Source: a virus (lineage: Duplodnaviria > Caudoviricetes). From it: a stretch of 64,000 bases of DNA. Of the stretch, positions 45,665 through 57,407 are shown one piece after another. The notes beneath the pieces are model-generated. The model was not told the DNA's origin. It saw nothing but the letters and a program-made list of their open reading frames with translations, and did no database searches. The stretch covers positions 64,001-128,000 of IMG/VR virus record IMGVR_UViG_3300043423_000073. One strand, 5' to 3'. Position 1 is the stretch's first letter; each line of letters opens with the position of its first letter. Both the position numbers and the translations under genes were made by a program.

Positions 45665-47261
45665 CCCCACGGTATTCGCCGTATATTGCTCGAATGAAGC
45701 AGTTGGTGCTCGCACTGGACGCCTCAAAGAAGTTTCTCATCATTCAAGTTGAGAACGCCGATGATGTTCGCCGCGTGGAAGCCTTCTGTCGCTATCACGG
45801 CATCAACGCCTTTGTAAAGTCCTGGGAATATCGATACCGCCCTAGCACTAGAGACGTGGCTATGCTCATACCGCCTTCCCGCAGAGTTGAGCTGTACCCA
45901 GAAGCCTACGTGCGCCTGTTTCATCCCAGCACCGACGTCTTTATGTGCTGTGACACCCATACCACACCAATAAGGAGCCACCAATGACCGCCTTAAATGC
46001 CGACGAGGCCGCAATGTTTTTGCTCATTGTCCTTTGCCTCATCTCCTCACTGACACTTGTGGGCATTCTTTTCTGGTACTTGTCTAGCAGACGGTTAGCC
46101 GTGCTTGCAACCATTATTGGCGGCTATCTGCTGGCCACGTCCTGCCTGTTCTACCTTAGCGCTCACGCACAGTGGCCTAAGCTTGATCCCTCACATCACA
46201 TTGTGCTCACGACCCCACTGGGTTAAATATTCATGGCGGCTAGTCGCCATTTCTTGTAGGAGTCCACCTAGCCTCTGCTCCTGTTGAAAGGTTCTTCATG
46301 TCCAAAGCCAAACGCTCTTCCAAAACCTCGTCCGCCTCCGTCAAGCCTGACTCTGTCCCTTCGTCTGCCGTGGTAAGTGGCGACAGCCCCACGCCCGTCA
46401 GCAAAACCAAACGCCCTGCTAAGGCTGCAACTTCAACCAAAACCGCAACCAAGAACGAAAGTGAAACCACGGCGCAGGCTCCATCGAATGAACTTTTGCC
46501 CAAAGTGTGGTCTGTCCTCTTTGAGGAACTTCCCTTACTCACGCGTTTCCGCGTCTCGGGAGGCTTCTACATAAAGACTGGGCGTAAAAGCGCGGTCAAC
46601 ACAGAAACATTATACAAGATTAAGGACATGGCGTTAGACAACATTGTCTTTGCCTTTAGCGCAGGTCGGGCGCCTACACTGCCAGTAACGGCAACAAAAG
46701 GCTCCTTTGAGGACCTTCCTTTGCTAGCCGAGTTCACTGCCTTCGGGAACCCGTTCTTCTATGTCAAGACGGGGCGGCGCAGCGCAGTCTCCACAATGAC
46801 GCTCGTCAAGGAGAAAAAGTTTTATCCGACGCTGAATGTTTCCTCCGCGTTTTTTGCTACTCCTGCCGAGCTCGAACCTGTCCCTCCGACAGTTCAGGGT
46901 AAAGCAGGACACCCTTCCGAAAAGCCGCCTGCGTGGTTAGGTGCAGACAAACCGGCAGCACAGCGGCAATGGGTTGGGCTGACGCGTGGCGCCGACTGAT
47001 TATGACATCAAGTTGGCGCGCTTAAATCCTTGGGGGCTGAGTGCCTATCATTGCCTAACCTTGCGACTCTACTGTAAATACGGTTGTACCAAGCGCATTG
47101 TGAGCACCACCCCTGAGACTAATAGGCGCACGCTCGAACATCACCTCCACACTGCACGCAAGGTTATGGGCCTCTTTGGCAAAGACATACGGCTCTACCT
47201 TTACTGGCATGAATGGGAAACTAAGCAGGAGAACGAAAATGACGATACGAAAAACGAGTGA
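45652..47261 (+). CDS. Small hypothetical genes (45652-45987; 45984-46226 membrane; 46298-46999; 46986-47261 possible LuxR-type HTH)
   Basis: ORF track; hydrophobic segments; RRTLEHHLHTARKVMG resembles a recognition helix. Confidence 0.5.
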
Positions 47262-47366
47262 CGGTGCGGCAGTTGTTGACACGTGCCTCTCTTGGCTGCC
47301 TGTTGACGCCTACACTCCACCAGACGGCAATCGTGCTGCCTGCATAATCATTGTGAAGGTTACTGT

Positions 47367-47711
47367 ATGAAAACATCTGAACTGACAGGAGCCGCGCTTG
47401 ACTGGGCAGTGGCGAAGTGTGTGGCTTCCACACAGCCCTCAGGGTGTTGGGCTGATACGGTTGCCCAGGTTAATTACTCCCCATCAACCGATTGGGCACA
47501 AGGCGGGCCGATTATTGAGCGGGAAATGCGCGAGTTTGGTTTCGACCTTTGGTCAGGGGCGCATGTACCTGCTGGACAGTTCGCCGCAACATATTGCCGA
47601 GGAGCGCCTGACTCTTATATGTACGGCCCCACCCCACTGATCGCCGCCATGCGGTGCTACGTTGAGGCAAAGCTCGGCGATGAAGTCGAGATACCTAAGG
47701 AGCTGACATGA
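47367..47711 (+). CDS. NinX-family phage protein
   Basis: LTGAALDWAVAK...YSPSTDWAQGGPIIERE...GPTPLIAAMRCYV. Confidence 0.75.
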   Translation: MKTSELTGAALDWAVAKCVASTQPSGCWADTVAQVNYSPSTDWAQGGPIIEREMREFGFDLWSGAHVPAGQFAATYCRGAPDSYMYGPTPLIAAMRCYVEAKLGDEVEIPKELT

Positions 47712-47774
47712 TCAAATTCCGGATAGCCTTAGGCCCCCACTGCCTGCTTTTATCGACACATCCGAGATTGACCA

Positions 47775-49270
47775 ATGACTAAGAAAATAATCATCGCCTT
47801 AGCTCTGGCCTTCGTCATAGGCTTCACCCTTTTGTCGGCCGTAGGTACTGTTCTAAATGACATGCGCCTCAAAGCCGAAACCAAGGGCTTCCAAGCTGGT
47901 GTGGTGACAACCCTACGGCTAGTCAACCAAGAGCGGCAAGAGAACTGCAACCAACCTAACTTTTGAGTATGAAGGCCACTTTTCACATTCTTCTGTCCTT
48001 GGTACTCTTGGCCATCTTTGTCTTTCTTGCCATATACGGAGCGCCGTTCTATGCACCACACACTTGAGATTTTGCTCTTCTCCTTTGGCCTGGCCTATCT
48101 CCTGGCGGACTTTATAGTCCCTACCCTGAGCGCACAAGCGCAAACACCTAGCCACCGACGCGTTCGCCGTTACCTAGTTCTTCCTGGCTACGTAAGGTCA
48201 AGGCAGGACGAGGATTGGCACTACGTCAGCGGATCTGAGCTGATACGTCTCTACCGGGTTAACCCTGCCAATTGTGTATTGGCCACTGCCGACGAGGCTG
48301 ACTTTCGTCATCGTCTAATGGTCGCGGCGAACGAGGGCAAGTATATTGTTCTCGAACCCCGAGCAGACGGCGACTACCCATCCTTTGTTTCAACTCCCAA
48401 GGAAATCCAATGAGCTACGACCTAAGGCGCGACGTTGACACCGCGCTCTTCAATGTGCAGATGGTCATCGAGGCTTCTGCTTCCCGCCATCTGCGAGAAA
48501 TGGCTAAAAGGTTCTTGACCGTTTACGTGCGCATACCCGAGCACATTCTTCACGACTCAAACTTTTGTTTGATGCAGGCCGGTGGTAAGGTGGAGTACAG
48601 GTTTGTTAACGGCAAGTTTCGCTCCTCACTCCTAGAGCTGAACCTTAGGCAGCAACTGTACTTTTTAGACATCTCGTCTCCGTGGTGGGGAGCAAAACGC
48701 TTTGCCCTCGATCCTACAACCACAAGTTATTTAGACTTGTCCCAACGTGACGCATGGGCCCTTAATGCCTTGCGCGTAAAGCGGCTAAAGGTCGACTAGG
48801 CCTAGGCCACCTACATTGACAATTCACAATTCACAATTCACAACTGACAATCCATAAGGACACAAAAAATGTTAGTAGACCACCCACCGGTTCTCGAACC
48901 TACTTTTATTCTTCGTCTTATTGGTCAAGGAAAAGAGGAAAAACGCATCACTACCGGCGTCTATCAAATTTCGCACTTTGGTAGCAGCAACTGGCCCTTT
49001 GGTGTCGCCGAAGACTCCGCCTACACTTATGGTGTATGCGACAACTATGAGCAGGTTATCGCACGCTACCCTCACGTCAACGACACCGACAAAAAGTTTG
49101 TTATCACGCTCACACCGATTGTCAAGGCAGAGCAAGACTCTAGCGGAGGCTGGCGTTGGCACGAATGGGGACCGTACATTGGTACATTGAGTCCGCAGCA
49201 CGAATACATTTTCGACGAAGACGCCACCATTCAGCAAGTGTACGTTTACCACATATACGAGATTGCCTAA
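47775..49270 (+). CDS. Small hypothetical genes (47775-47966, ~48051-48413, 48410-48799, 48869-49270)
   Basis: ORF track; the last has YGVCDN...GGWRWHEWGPYIG. Confidence 0.55.
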
Positions 49271-49297
49271 ACTCGCAGAGACGGCAATTCAAAAAAC

Positions 49298-49374
49298 GGG
49301 CCAGTAGCTCAGTAGGTTAGAGCAAGCGACTCATAATCGCCTGGTCACAGGTTCAAATCCTGTCTGGCCCACCA
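49298..49374 (+). tRNA. tRNA with CAU anticodon, Ile2-like
   Basis: gggccag/ctggccc acceptor stem, anticodon arm gcga-ctCATaa-tcgc, GGTTCAAATCC, encoded CCA; resembles bacterial tRNA-Ile2 more than tRNA-Met. Confidence 0.92.
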
Positions 49375-49642
49375 AAAACCAAAACCAAAACCAAACCCTG
49401 CTCGAAATGTCAAAACCTAAAGTTCTTCTTATGCAGCGTACTCAGTAGCAGGACGCGCTGTCAGCGTCTGATGCCCTTTGCGGCATCAGCTCAATACACG
49501 GTTTTGTCTTCGGTTACGTTGACAGATCATCTACCGTGACTTTCCACGATGTACCGCTAGGTGATCTTCGGCCGGGTCAGCGTTTAGTAACCGGCATGAC
49601 TGACTTGCCACAGGCACAACTTCTTCCAGCTTAAGGAACAAA

Positions 49643-52600
49643 ATGAAAACCACACTCGAAAACTCGGCGCTCGACGCCGAAGGTGAAAACAAGGCGGTGC
49701 GATCTTTTCTCATGCTTTACGGGCAGCCTGGCCTTACCGTTGGCCAGATGAAAAATCATCTTTCTACGTGCGGCTTCACGTCGTGGCCAGGGTGGGTTGA
49801 GAATGGGCCTGCCGGGGCGCACCTGACCAAAGCGGGGGCGCAGCTTTGGCTTCGTCACCTGTTTTCTCTGGAGGCCGCACCTGTTACACCTCCTGCTGTG
49901 CAACCGACTCCCATACCCGAAGGCTGGGTGCTAATGCCTTTGGAGTTAACTGAGGAAGAGGCCCTGTTGGCCCAAGGCGAACTGGTAGACATGAGCTGGT
50001 GCGCCGTTACCTGCTTTGTCGCGCGGTACAAAGCTGCTATTAGGCGAACTCGGCCTCGACGTGAGGCACTTGGAAGCTTTTCCAAAGTTGAGCAGCGGGA
50101 GCCTCAACCTCTTACTGCCGAACAGTGTGACCTGCTCATCGACGGCCACGGTGAAGAAGGTGATGAAGATTACCTAGCCCCAATTGGGGACGGAGGTATA
50201 ACGCAAGAAGACCTCGTGCTGCTGATACGTCGAGTTGAAGCTGTTCATCTAGGCAAGCGGCACGTACAAGGTTCCGATACTTTGCAATCTTCGACGGTAC
50301 CCGCGCAGCGGTACACAGTTAAGCGCAACGAGTGTAACTGCCATCCTGAGACATGCAACTGCATGGATTGGGCGATCTACGAAGGCGAAACAAAGCAAAC
50401 CACGTTCTTTGCTGAGAGCCGGGCAAGAGCAATTGCCGATGCAATGAATAAAATCCTTCACGAGGAGAACGAAGCATGCCGCCAAACACAATGAAATTTG
50501 TACAGCCGGCTCCTGCACAGGAGCCTGTGGCGTGGTTTGACTCAGCCGGGGATATCCGAGGGCGCGTTAGCGACGAGCAGCTAGACGCCTTGTGCAGAAC
50601 AGCCATCAGTAGTCTTAGCAAGCGCAATGGTTGGTGTGACGCTACTCCATCCCTTTCTGACTATCAGCGTTTGCAAGCACTTGTTACAAGTCAAGGAATC
50701 CGCTTGATGGATTATGAGTCCGGCACCCCACCCGCCGCACCTGCACAGGCGCTGGCTGCACAGGAGCCGGCGGTGATCAACGAGGCCGCCATCCAAAAAT
50801 GGCAAGGCGACAACGATATTGTGATGAGCATAAAGGCTTACAAACAGCTTGTAAATATGGTCTCGTGCCAACCCTCACCCCCGCCAGCACCTGCCTCCTG
50901 CACAACCTACGCCGAACGCTTCGCACACGCCGTAGCCATCCTGTGCGGGGCCCAGCCTCCTGCTGATATGGTTACCGAGTGGATCAATAACATTGAGGTC
51001 AACGGCGAGCACCGACTGCAAAGTTGGGTTTTAGGCCAGTCAGCAACACCAGCGTGGGCGCAAGGCATCGTGGTGCTCGACGCTGCCCACGTTTTGGCGA
51101 ACGATCCTGCCGAAGGCGCGGATCATGATTCTCAGGCGTGACCGACAAACAACCGGAGGCATTGAAACTGGCACTGGAGGCATTATGAGAAAAGCATTTT
51201 CACTTTTTGATCTTTGTATTGCTGTCGGCATTACTGGGGCTGTTTTATCTGCGCTTGGACTGGCGGGCATAGCGAGCGTGCGAGACTCTGCTCGCGAACA
51301 GGGCTACCAGCAAGGCAAGATTGATGGCTTCTTTGAAGCTCAATCGACTGATCTTGTTGCCGACAGGTGCATAGCGTTTTGGTTTGGCAGCGAGCGCGAG
51401 GGCGCGAAAACGATGCAGCGTTACTGCAAGATTCAAGGAGAGACGAAATGAACGACACCCCAGAAGCAAAGCCAAAAAACTTCACCGGCACTTGGAACGC
51501 TGGGCAGCGGCCCGCTCCTGTGCAGGAGCCTGTGAAACTTGACGTTCTGGCGGCGTTTGATGCTTACGCTAGACAACTTACCTACAAGAACCACAAAGCG
51601 GAGCCAAAACATTTCCCTAATAGCTATCCATGGTTTGAGGCAGGCTACAAAGCTGCATCAAACACCCCACCCGCAGCACAGCGGCAATGGGTTGGGCTGA
51701 CGGATGAGGATCGCACGGAAATTAGGCGAGAACATTACGCACGAACACTTCCACTTATGGATGCCGTCGAAGCCAAACTCAAGGAGAAGAACACATGACC
51801 CCCGACATTGCAGACATCCTCGCTGGCGAACTCAAGGTCAGCCGTGGCACGGCCTACGACATGATGCGTGAGGCTTTGAAAGAGGCGTCGCCTGTGCAGG
51901 AGCCCGCTGGTCGGGTCGTTTCCTCAAGCTGTAGCGGCTACGCGGTAATCAAATGGTCAAAACAAACCAGCCCCAAAGGCGGGGGCGCTCCAAGAAATGC
52001 GTGGTCTTGGCCCATTAGGGGGGATGCTGTGTATCTCACGCCCACACCACAACCAGCTCCTGCACAGGAGTCTGTAGCGTGGCGATTTACTGGCATTGCC
52101 GGGTTTAAGCGTTTTGTGACAGATGCTCAACACAAAGCCTTTTCGCCCGAAGCGCAGGCTTTTTATGAGCCGTTTAAGTGTGCAAGCTGCATCACAACAG
52201 CTAGGCGTCTCAATCGTCCCCAGCTGACGCCGCAAAAGCGTGAAGACGGCATGCCTGCTTCTAGTGAAGAGCGCTATCTTCGCCGTCTGCTGGCAGCACG
52301 CGCGGGCATGCCTCACACCTACTTTGATGACGGCGAGGCGCAAGGCCAACAGCTTGGCGTCTCAATTGACTTCATGCGAGAGACTGCCGCCAGCATTGAC
52401 GCAAAGCTTCAAGCCCTGAACCATGCAAAATTGGTAGAGGCCAAGGCATCGACCTCAACTACTTCAGTTTCTGGGTACGACGGTGGGCCCGAACATGAAG
52501 ACGGCCCAGACGAAGAAGGATTTAGCGGCCCTCGGCCTCGGAATAGTTTTACGAAGGAACAACCATGAAGCACACACCCGGCCCACTTTCTGTCACAGTC

Positions 52601-53385
52601 AATGATGAGTGGCCCTTTGCGATAGTAACAAGAAACGCAGCTGGCGAAATTGTCTTTTCGCGAACTATGCCCTGTTACTCAACAGACCAACGAAACGCAC
52701 GGCAAGCGCTTGCCGGCATCTTTATGGATAGCAAAGACGAGGCTGTTGCTCATAACGGTCGAGCTTTGGCTGACGAAGTGCTCCGAGCAGCCGCGCCCAT
52801 GTTGCTTCTTGCCGCGCAAGACGCGGTGCAGCGTCTTCGATCGCACCTGATGTTGCTTAATTGCGACGATGAGTTTATTGACCGCGAGACACTCGTGTTG
52901 CGGACGGCAATCGCCAATGCTTTAGGAGAGCAAAAATGAAGCACACACCTGGGCCTGTCCACGTATGCCCGCACGATATGTTTTTACGTGGCCAGCAACG
53001 GAATAGCGGCGAACCCTTCGGGGAATTCGTTGCAGATGTGACAGGCTCGTCAGCCGCTGACGCCCGCCGCCTGGCCGCGTGCTGGAACGCCTGCCAAGGG
53101 CTGAGCACAGAGGCGCTGGAGGCCGCACAACCGCCAGCTCAATCCTTCACGCCCTCCACACCTTCCCTGCCTAACCACATTTATGCAGGTGTGCACGTTT
53201 GGTGTGGCGGTTACCGTTACACCCGCTCGGTAGGTGAGGCCGAAATGCGACCTGCGCCAATACTGGCTCTGCAGAACGCGGCGGACCGCGCCGTAAGAGA
53301 GTTAACTCTCCTTGTTAACACTAGCAAGAAAGCGAAACCCCCCGTTGCTGACGACTGGTTTAACGAGCTTCGCCCCGAAAACTAA
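49643..53385 (+). CDS. Mosaic accessory genes (49643-50494, 50476-51141, 51185-51451, 51448-51798, 51795-52568, 52565-52939, 52936-53385)
   Basis: Coupled ORFs with recurring PAQEPVA linkers and MKHTPGP starts. Confidence 0.6.
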
Positions 53386-53421
53386 AGACAGCTTCAAACC
53401 AAAGACTAACGAAGGAAGATA

Positions 53422-53808
53422 ATGAATCCCACACGAAGAGGTTTTTTAAGCATTATGCTAGCAGCAGCTGCCGCGCCAGCTATTGTTAGAAGCGACAGCC
53501 TAATGCGTAGCTACATGCCTAGGCCTATTCTGCCTACGCTTTGGGGCGATGGGATGCACGATGACGCGGCTGCTTTGCAGGCACTGTTTGACGGCAAGCC
53601 TGTACAGTTTGGCGGTCATGAGTTCCGGGCCTCCCTTAACGGCGAGATAGCTTTACCATCAGGTAACCTTGTGGTAGCCTCCCTTCTAACCCTAGGCTCT
53701 GGTACCAGACTGACTGGTAGCAGTCTCGGCACTACGATTCGTAGCTCACATCCTTTTAAGGTGGCACCAGGCACCAGAGCTGACTTGTCTAACCTTACGT
53801 TCGAATAA
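53422..53808 (+). CDS. Protein with a twin-arginine-like signal and a GDG.HDD..ALQ motif
   Basis: TRRGFL followed by a hydrophobic stretch; WGDGMHDDAAALQA. Confidence 0.6.
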   Translation: MNPTRRGFLSIMLAAAAAPAIVRSDSLMRSYMPRPILPTLWGDGMHDDAAALQALFDGKPVQFGGHEFRASLNGEIALPSGNLVVASLLTLGSGTRLTGSSLGTTIRSSHPFKVAPGTRADLSNLTFE

Positions 53809-53915
53809 AGACGTGTAAACCGCTCGGCCTCGACGACATGATTACGCAAGCCCACCTGAGGCTGGCGCTTACTCTGTCCGTATGACACGCGTTAGAGCCG
53901 ACCTCGGAGATCTTA

Positions 53916-54438
53916 ATGCCCGGCAAATTTAACCGAATCAAAAACAAGATCAACTTTGAGAAGAATGTGCCTCGTTGTGAAACGTGTGTTAGCTTCAAAG
54001 AGTCCCGAATTATTCTCACTCACAACTCCAAAACAGTTAGGCTGAACCATCACTGTAAACTTCACGGATTCGCCGTCACAAAGACGGCGTGCTGCGACAC
54101 CTGGAAAAACACAGGCGGTGAAACCGTCGAACCCCTGACCGAAAAGAAAGCGCCAAATGTCCCAACAGCCTGCCGTGACCAGCAATCCCCTTCTTAGCCA
54201 TAGGGATTACACAACCCCGCTGCATGTTCAGGTACTCATGCAAGGCCGTAGCGTGTGTGCGATTCTGAAAGACAAGAAGCTCTATAGCGGTCGGGAGTAT
54301 TTCGTTGTCAACGTGCCAAACTTTATGACCACAGCTGTGCCTGCGGCTCACGTGCGCAGGTGCTCTGATCTTGACGGTAGGTGTACGTGTGCGAATGAAG
54401 ACCCGACTGCAGGACAGCAGCTTGGATTGTTCAACTAA
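53916..54438 (+). CDS. Two small hypothetical genes (53916-54197 Cys-rich; 54157-54438)
   Basis: CETC...C..H...CCDTW. Confidence 0.5.
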
Positions 54439-54501
54439 CGCAACACCGCACCACGCCCCACCTGGCAAACTGTAAATAAAAACTCGAAAGGTGATGAACA
54501 C

Positions 54502-55608
54502 ATGAACGAAAGCTTCCACAGCAAGTATCGGCCGCCGACGCTTGACAAAATTATCGGACACAAGCAGGCAGTGACACGCCTCAAAGGCATGATTGAGTCT
54601 GGCAACGTGCCTGGCGCTTTTCTTATTACTGGTCCTTCTTCCGCAGGCAAGACCACGCTGGCACGGGCATTCGCAGTCGCCTTAAACGGCGTGCCTATTG
54701 AAGAGCAGCAGACGGATTACAAAGAGATCAATGCGGCGGAGACGCGAACCATTGACGACATGCGCGAGCTTATCAAGCTCTCCAAGTTTTCGCCCCGGAA
54801 GAACAAGCGAGTGTTTGTCATTGACGAAGCACAGCAGCTGCTCACCAATGCCGCAGCTGCCCAAGCAATTCTCAAACCCATCGAAGACGCCGGCGCAACC
54901 AACACCGTGTGGATTCTTTGCAGTATGAGCCCAGAAAAGTTTGGCTCCTCCACTGGCAAGGCCATCTCTAATCGGTGCACGCAGATTGTGCTCGAGCCGC
55001 CGTCCGAGTCTGACCTTCTTCGCCAGGCTAAGCGCATTGTCAAGGCAGAGAGCTTAACCTTCCTCAACGAAGAGGCGCTGGAGGCCGTTGTTCAGAGTTG
55101 CAACGGCGAGTACAGAACGCTCGCCAATACCTTGCAGGCTTTGCGTGACTATCACGTCGGGTTAGGCTCGCCCAAAACACTGGCTTCAACCGACATTCAG
55201 CAAGCGATAAACAGCGCCGCTTCTAACGACGACGCCTTGGTGGTAGACGTGATTGTTGGTGCTTTAAGCCTCAAGTACGCGGCTGTCCATAAGGCACTAA
55301 TGAACGTCGCCGATCCCTTTCCCTTTGTTGGCAAGCTTTTAGCGGCGGCGGAGTACCAACTAGGTAATGCAGTCATGGAAGGTGCTCGGCATCCTAAGCT
55401 CTGGGGCACGCCCATTAACAAGGCAGTGACGGCAAAGCTGAAAGGCCTAAAGATTACCCTGAGAAGCTTTGCCGAATTGCAGGACACTTTGGTCCGCGCA
55501 AAAGCCGAAGCTGCGAGCTTTGCCGTTCCTGAAACCACCCTCTTGTCCTCTCACCTCTATCGGTTCATCCGCACAGTTGCAGCAACCTCCAATCCCACCA
55601 AAACCTGA
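54502..55608 (+). CDS. Clamp-loader AAA+ subunit (DnaX/RFC-like)
   Basis: KYRP.TL..IIG, GPSSAGKTTLAR, EINAA, IDEAQQL, SNRC. Confidence 0.9.
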   Translation: MNESFHSKYRPPTLDKIIGHKQAVTRLKGMIESGNVPGAFLITGPSSAGKTTLARAFAVALNGVPIEEQQTDYKEINAAETRTIDDMRELIKLSKFSPRKNKRVFVIDEAQQLLTNAAAAQAILKPIEDAGATNTVWILCSMSPEKFGSSTGKAISNRCTQIVLEPPSESDLLRQAKRIVKAESLTFLNEEALEAVVQSCNGEYRTLANTLQALRDYHVGLGSPKTLASTDIQQAINSAASNDDALVVDVIVGALSLKYAAVHKALMNVADPFPFVGKLLAAAEYQLGNAVMEGARHPKLWGTPINKAVTAKLKGLKITLRSFAELQDTLVRAKAEAASFAVPETTLLSSHLYRFIRTVAATSNPTKT

Positions 55609-55618
55609 AAGTTCCCCC

Positions 55619-56302
55619 ATGACTGAAAAACTTGCATTTTGTGTCTCCTCCAACTCTCCTTTGCATCAGCAGCTTCTGCGACATCCTGTGCGTCCGTCTG
55701 CGCCTCCCTACCGTAATGAGGTTTTGTCTGACATTGCCCTCGAAGCCGTTTTGCGCAGCGTTTGTTTTCTTGATCGCAGTTTCTGTGAGACTGAGCCTTA
55801 CTTTAAGCAGATCATTCCCTACGTTATGGTCACACGCACTCACGAAGGTGTGAAGCAAGTTTTGACCTACGTGCGAGGTGATGCCTCCGGTGAGGCGCGA
55901 TTAAAAGCTGCGCTTTCTATCGGCTTTGGCGGTCACATGGACGATACAAGCGAGTGGGTGGCCGTTGGCGGCCAAATGGATCAATTTTTACGCTATGTGC
56001 TCAGTGAGGCTCGCCGCGAGCTTGTTGAGGAGCTTGGCGATTCTGCCACCGGCCACTTAAACTTTTTCTATCATGGAGCGCTCGCCGACGACTCGACTGC
56101 TACTGTTCACGCGGTTCATCTTGGTCTCCTTTTTGAGACCACGCTGCCTGACCTCAAGCTCGAATCGGCAGAGCCCGACACCATTACCCAGGTTGCCTGG
56201 CTCGACGTGGAGAAACTACGCACGGCAAACGCTGATACGTCAAACAATGATACCTTTGCACGACTTGAGCTGTGGTCGCGCCGCGCCTTGGCCACACTCT
56301 AA
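55619..56302 (+). CDS. Nudix-like hydrolase
   Basis: KQIIPY, E.RL...SIGFGGH, ARRELVEE, VHLG. Confidence 0.75.
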   Translation: MTEKLAFCVSSNSPLHQQLLRHPVRPSAPPYRNEVLSDIALEAVLRSVCFLDRSFCETEPYFKQIIPYVMVTRTHEGVKQVLTYVRGDASGEARLKAALSIGFGGHMDDTSEWVAVGGQMDQFLRYVLSEARRELVEELGDSATGHLNFFYHGALADDSTATVHAVHLGLLFETTLPDLKLESAEPDTITQVAWLDVEKLRTANADTSNNDTFARLELWSRRALATL

Positions 56303-56429
56303 AGCACAACGGCAAAAGAAAACTGTAAATATACTGTGTGACAAGAGTTCACACTCACCCTTTCCCCCCTGCACTTTTCACAAGTCAATCCCAAACCCCA
56401 ACCAACCTATCCACACCAGAGAGCACGAA

Positions 56430-57341
56430 ATGAAAAACCAACTCGTTGAATCCGGCCAAGTTTATCAACTCGCCAAGAAAGAAGATCTGATCTGTTGCGT
56501 CATCGCAGTCAGCAACCAAAACCTGTCTCCCAAGATTGCCGAGATTTACCCGGAGATGGTCACGTATGTGAACCACAAGGGTGACATTCGCTCAATGCCT
56601 CTGGTCGAGTTTCAGTCCCGCTGGGAGCCTACTGGTGAAACCGTTGAGCGCCTTGAGTACCTTGACCAAGCCGCCGCTGACCACATGGCCAGCTTCATTG
56701 CCGGTGACGACAGTGCGGCCGATACCGCCAACGATGACGCGGACGACGCTGACGGTGATGTTGAAGACGTCGATGCGGTTGATGCCACAAACATCCCTGC
56801 CTTCAATGCCGGTTTCTCTTCCGACGAGACCGGTGAGGAAACTGACGAGGAGACCATGCTCAATGTTGGCCCGCACAGCCTCAAGAGCGCATTGGAAACC
56901 AACTTCCTCTCCTACGCCGAGAGCCCCGAGCAAGGCATGTTGGTTCACAAACTTGAGTTTTTGCTGCAGGACGGTCTGACGTTTGACGCAATTTCTTTGG
57001 CCTTCACACCTGACAGCCCCGAGTGCATCGACGTGTTCTCTGTTGGCGACATTCGAGTTGACTGGGAAGTGTTCAGCGGTGTTTACCCAACCGTCCAACC
57101 TGGCCTCGGCAAGATTGCAACCGTGTTCCTCAAGACATCGGATGCGGCTTTGGGCATTAACAATGCCGAGCACGAGGCGCCAGCTGCCGAGGTTGCCTCA
57201 CGCCTTGCGTCGACCGCAACAGCTCCCGCACCGGCACAAACGCTGACCACCGTACCTACTGACGCCGGCCACTCCATGCCTGGCAACGGCGCGGCTGTGG
57301 AGACAACCGGTGGGGCTGCCCCTACCTTCACGGTGAACTAA
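56430..57341 (+). CDS. Acidic hypothetical protein
   Basis: Start MKNQL downstream of an ACTGTAAAT motif; followed by a terminator. Confidence 0.7.
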   Translation: MKNQLVESGQVYQLAKKEDLICCVIAVSNQNLSPKIAEIYPEMVTYVNHKGDIRSMPLVEFQSRWEPTGETVERLEYLDQAAADHMASFIAGDDSAADTANDDADDADGDVEDVDAVDATNIPAFNAGFSSDETGEETDEETMLNVGPHSLKSALETNFLSYAESPEQGMLVHKLEFLLQDGLTFDAISLAFTPDSPECIDVFSVGDIRVDWEVFSGVYPTVQPGLGKIATVFLKTSDAALGINNAEHEAPAAEVASRLASTATAPAPAQTLTTVPTDAGHSMPGNGAAVETTGGAAPTFTVN

Positions 57342-57354
57342 AAACTTACCAAAC

Positions 57355-57390
57355 AGAAAGCCCGGAGGAGACGTCTCCTCCGGGCTTTCT
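57355..57390 (+). terminator. Terminator, perfect 36-bp palindrome
   Basis: agaaagcccggaggagacgtctcctccgggctttct. Confidence 0.75.
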
Positions 57391-57407
57391 TGCTTACAAG
57401 GCGCAAA

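Noticed and set aside
48818-48853. ACAATTC heptamer run (and AAAACC run at 49375-49395)
   Set aside because: Short slippage-type repeats in A/C-rich spacers with no further support for function.
49298-49374. tRNA as an integration (att) site
   Set aside because: No integrase and no duplicated tRNA 3' end in the window.
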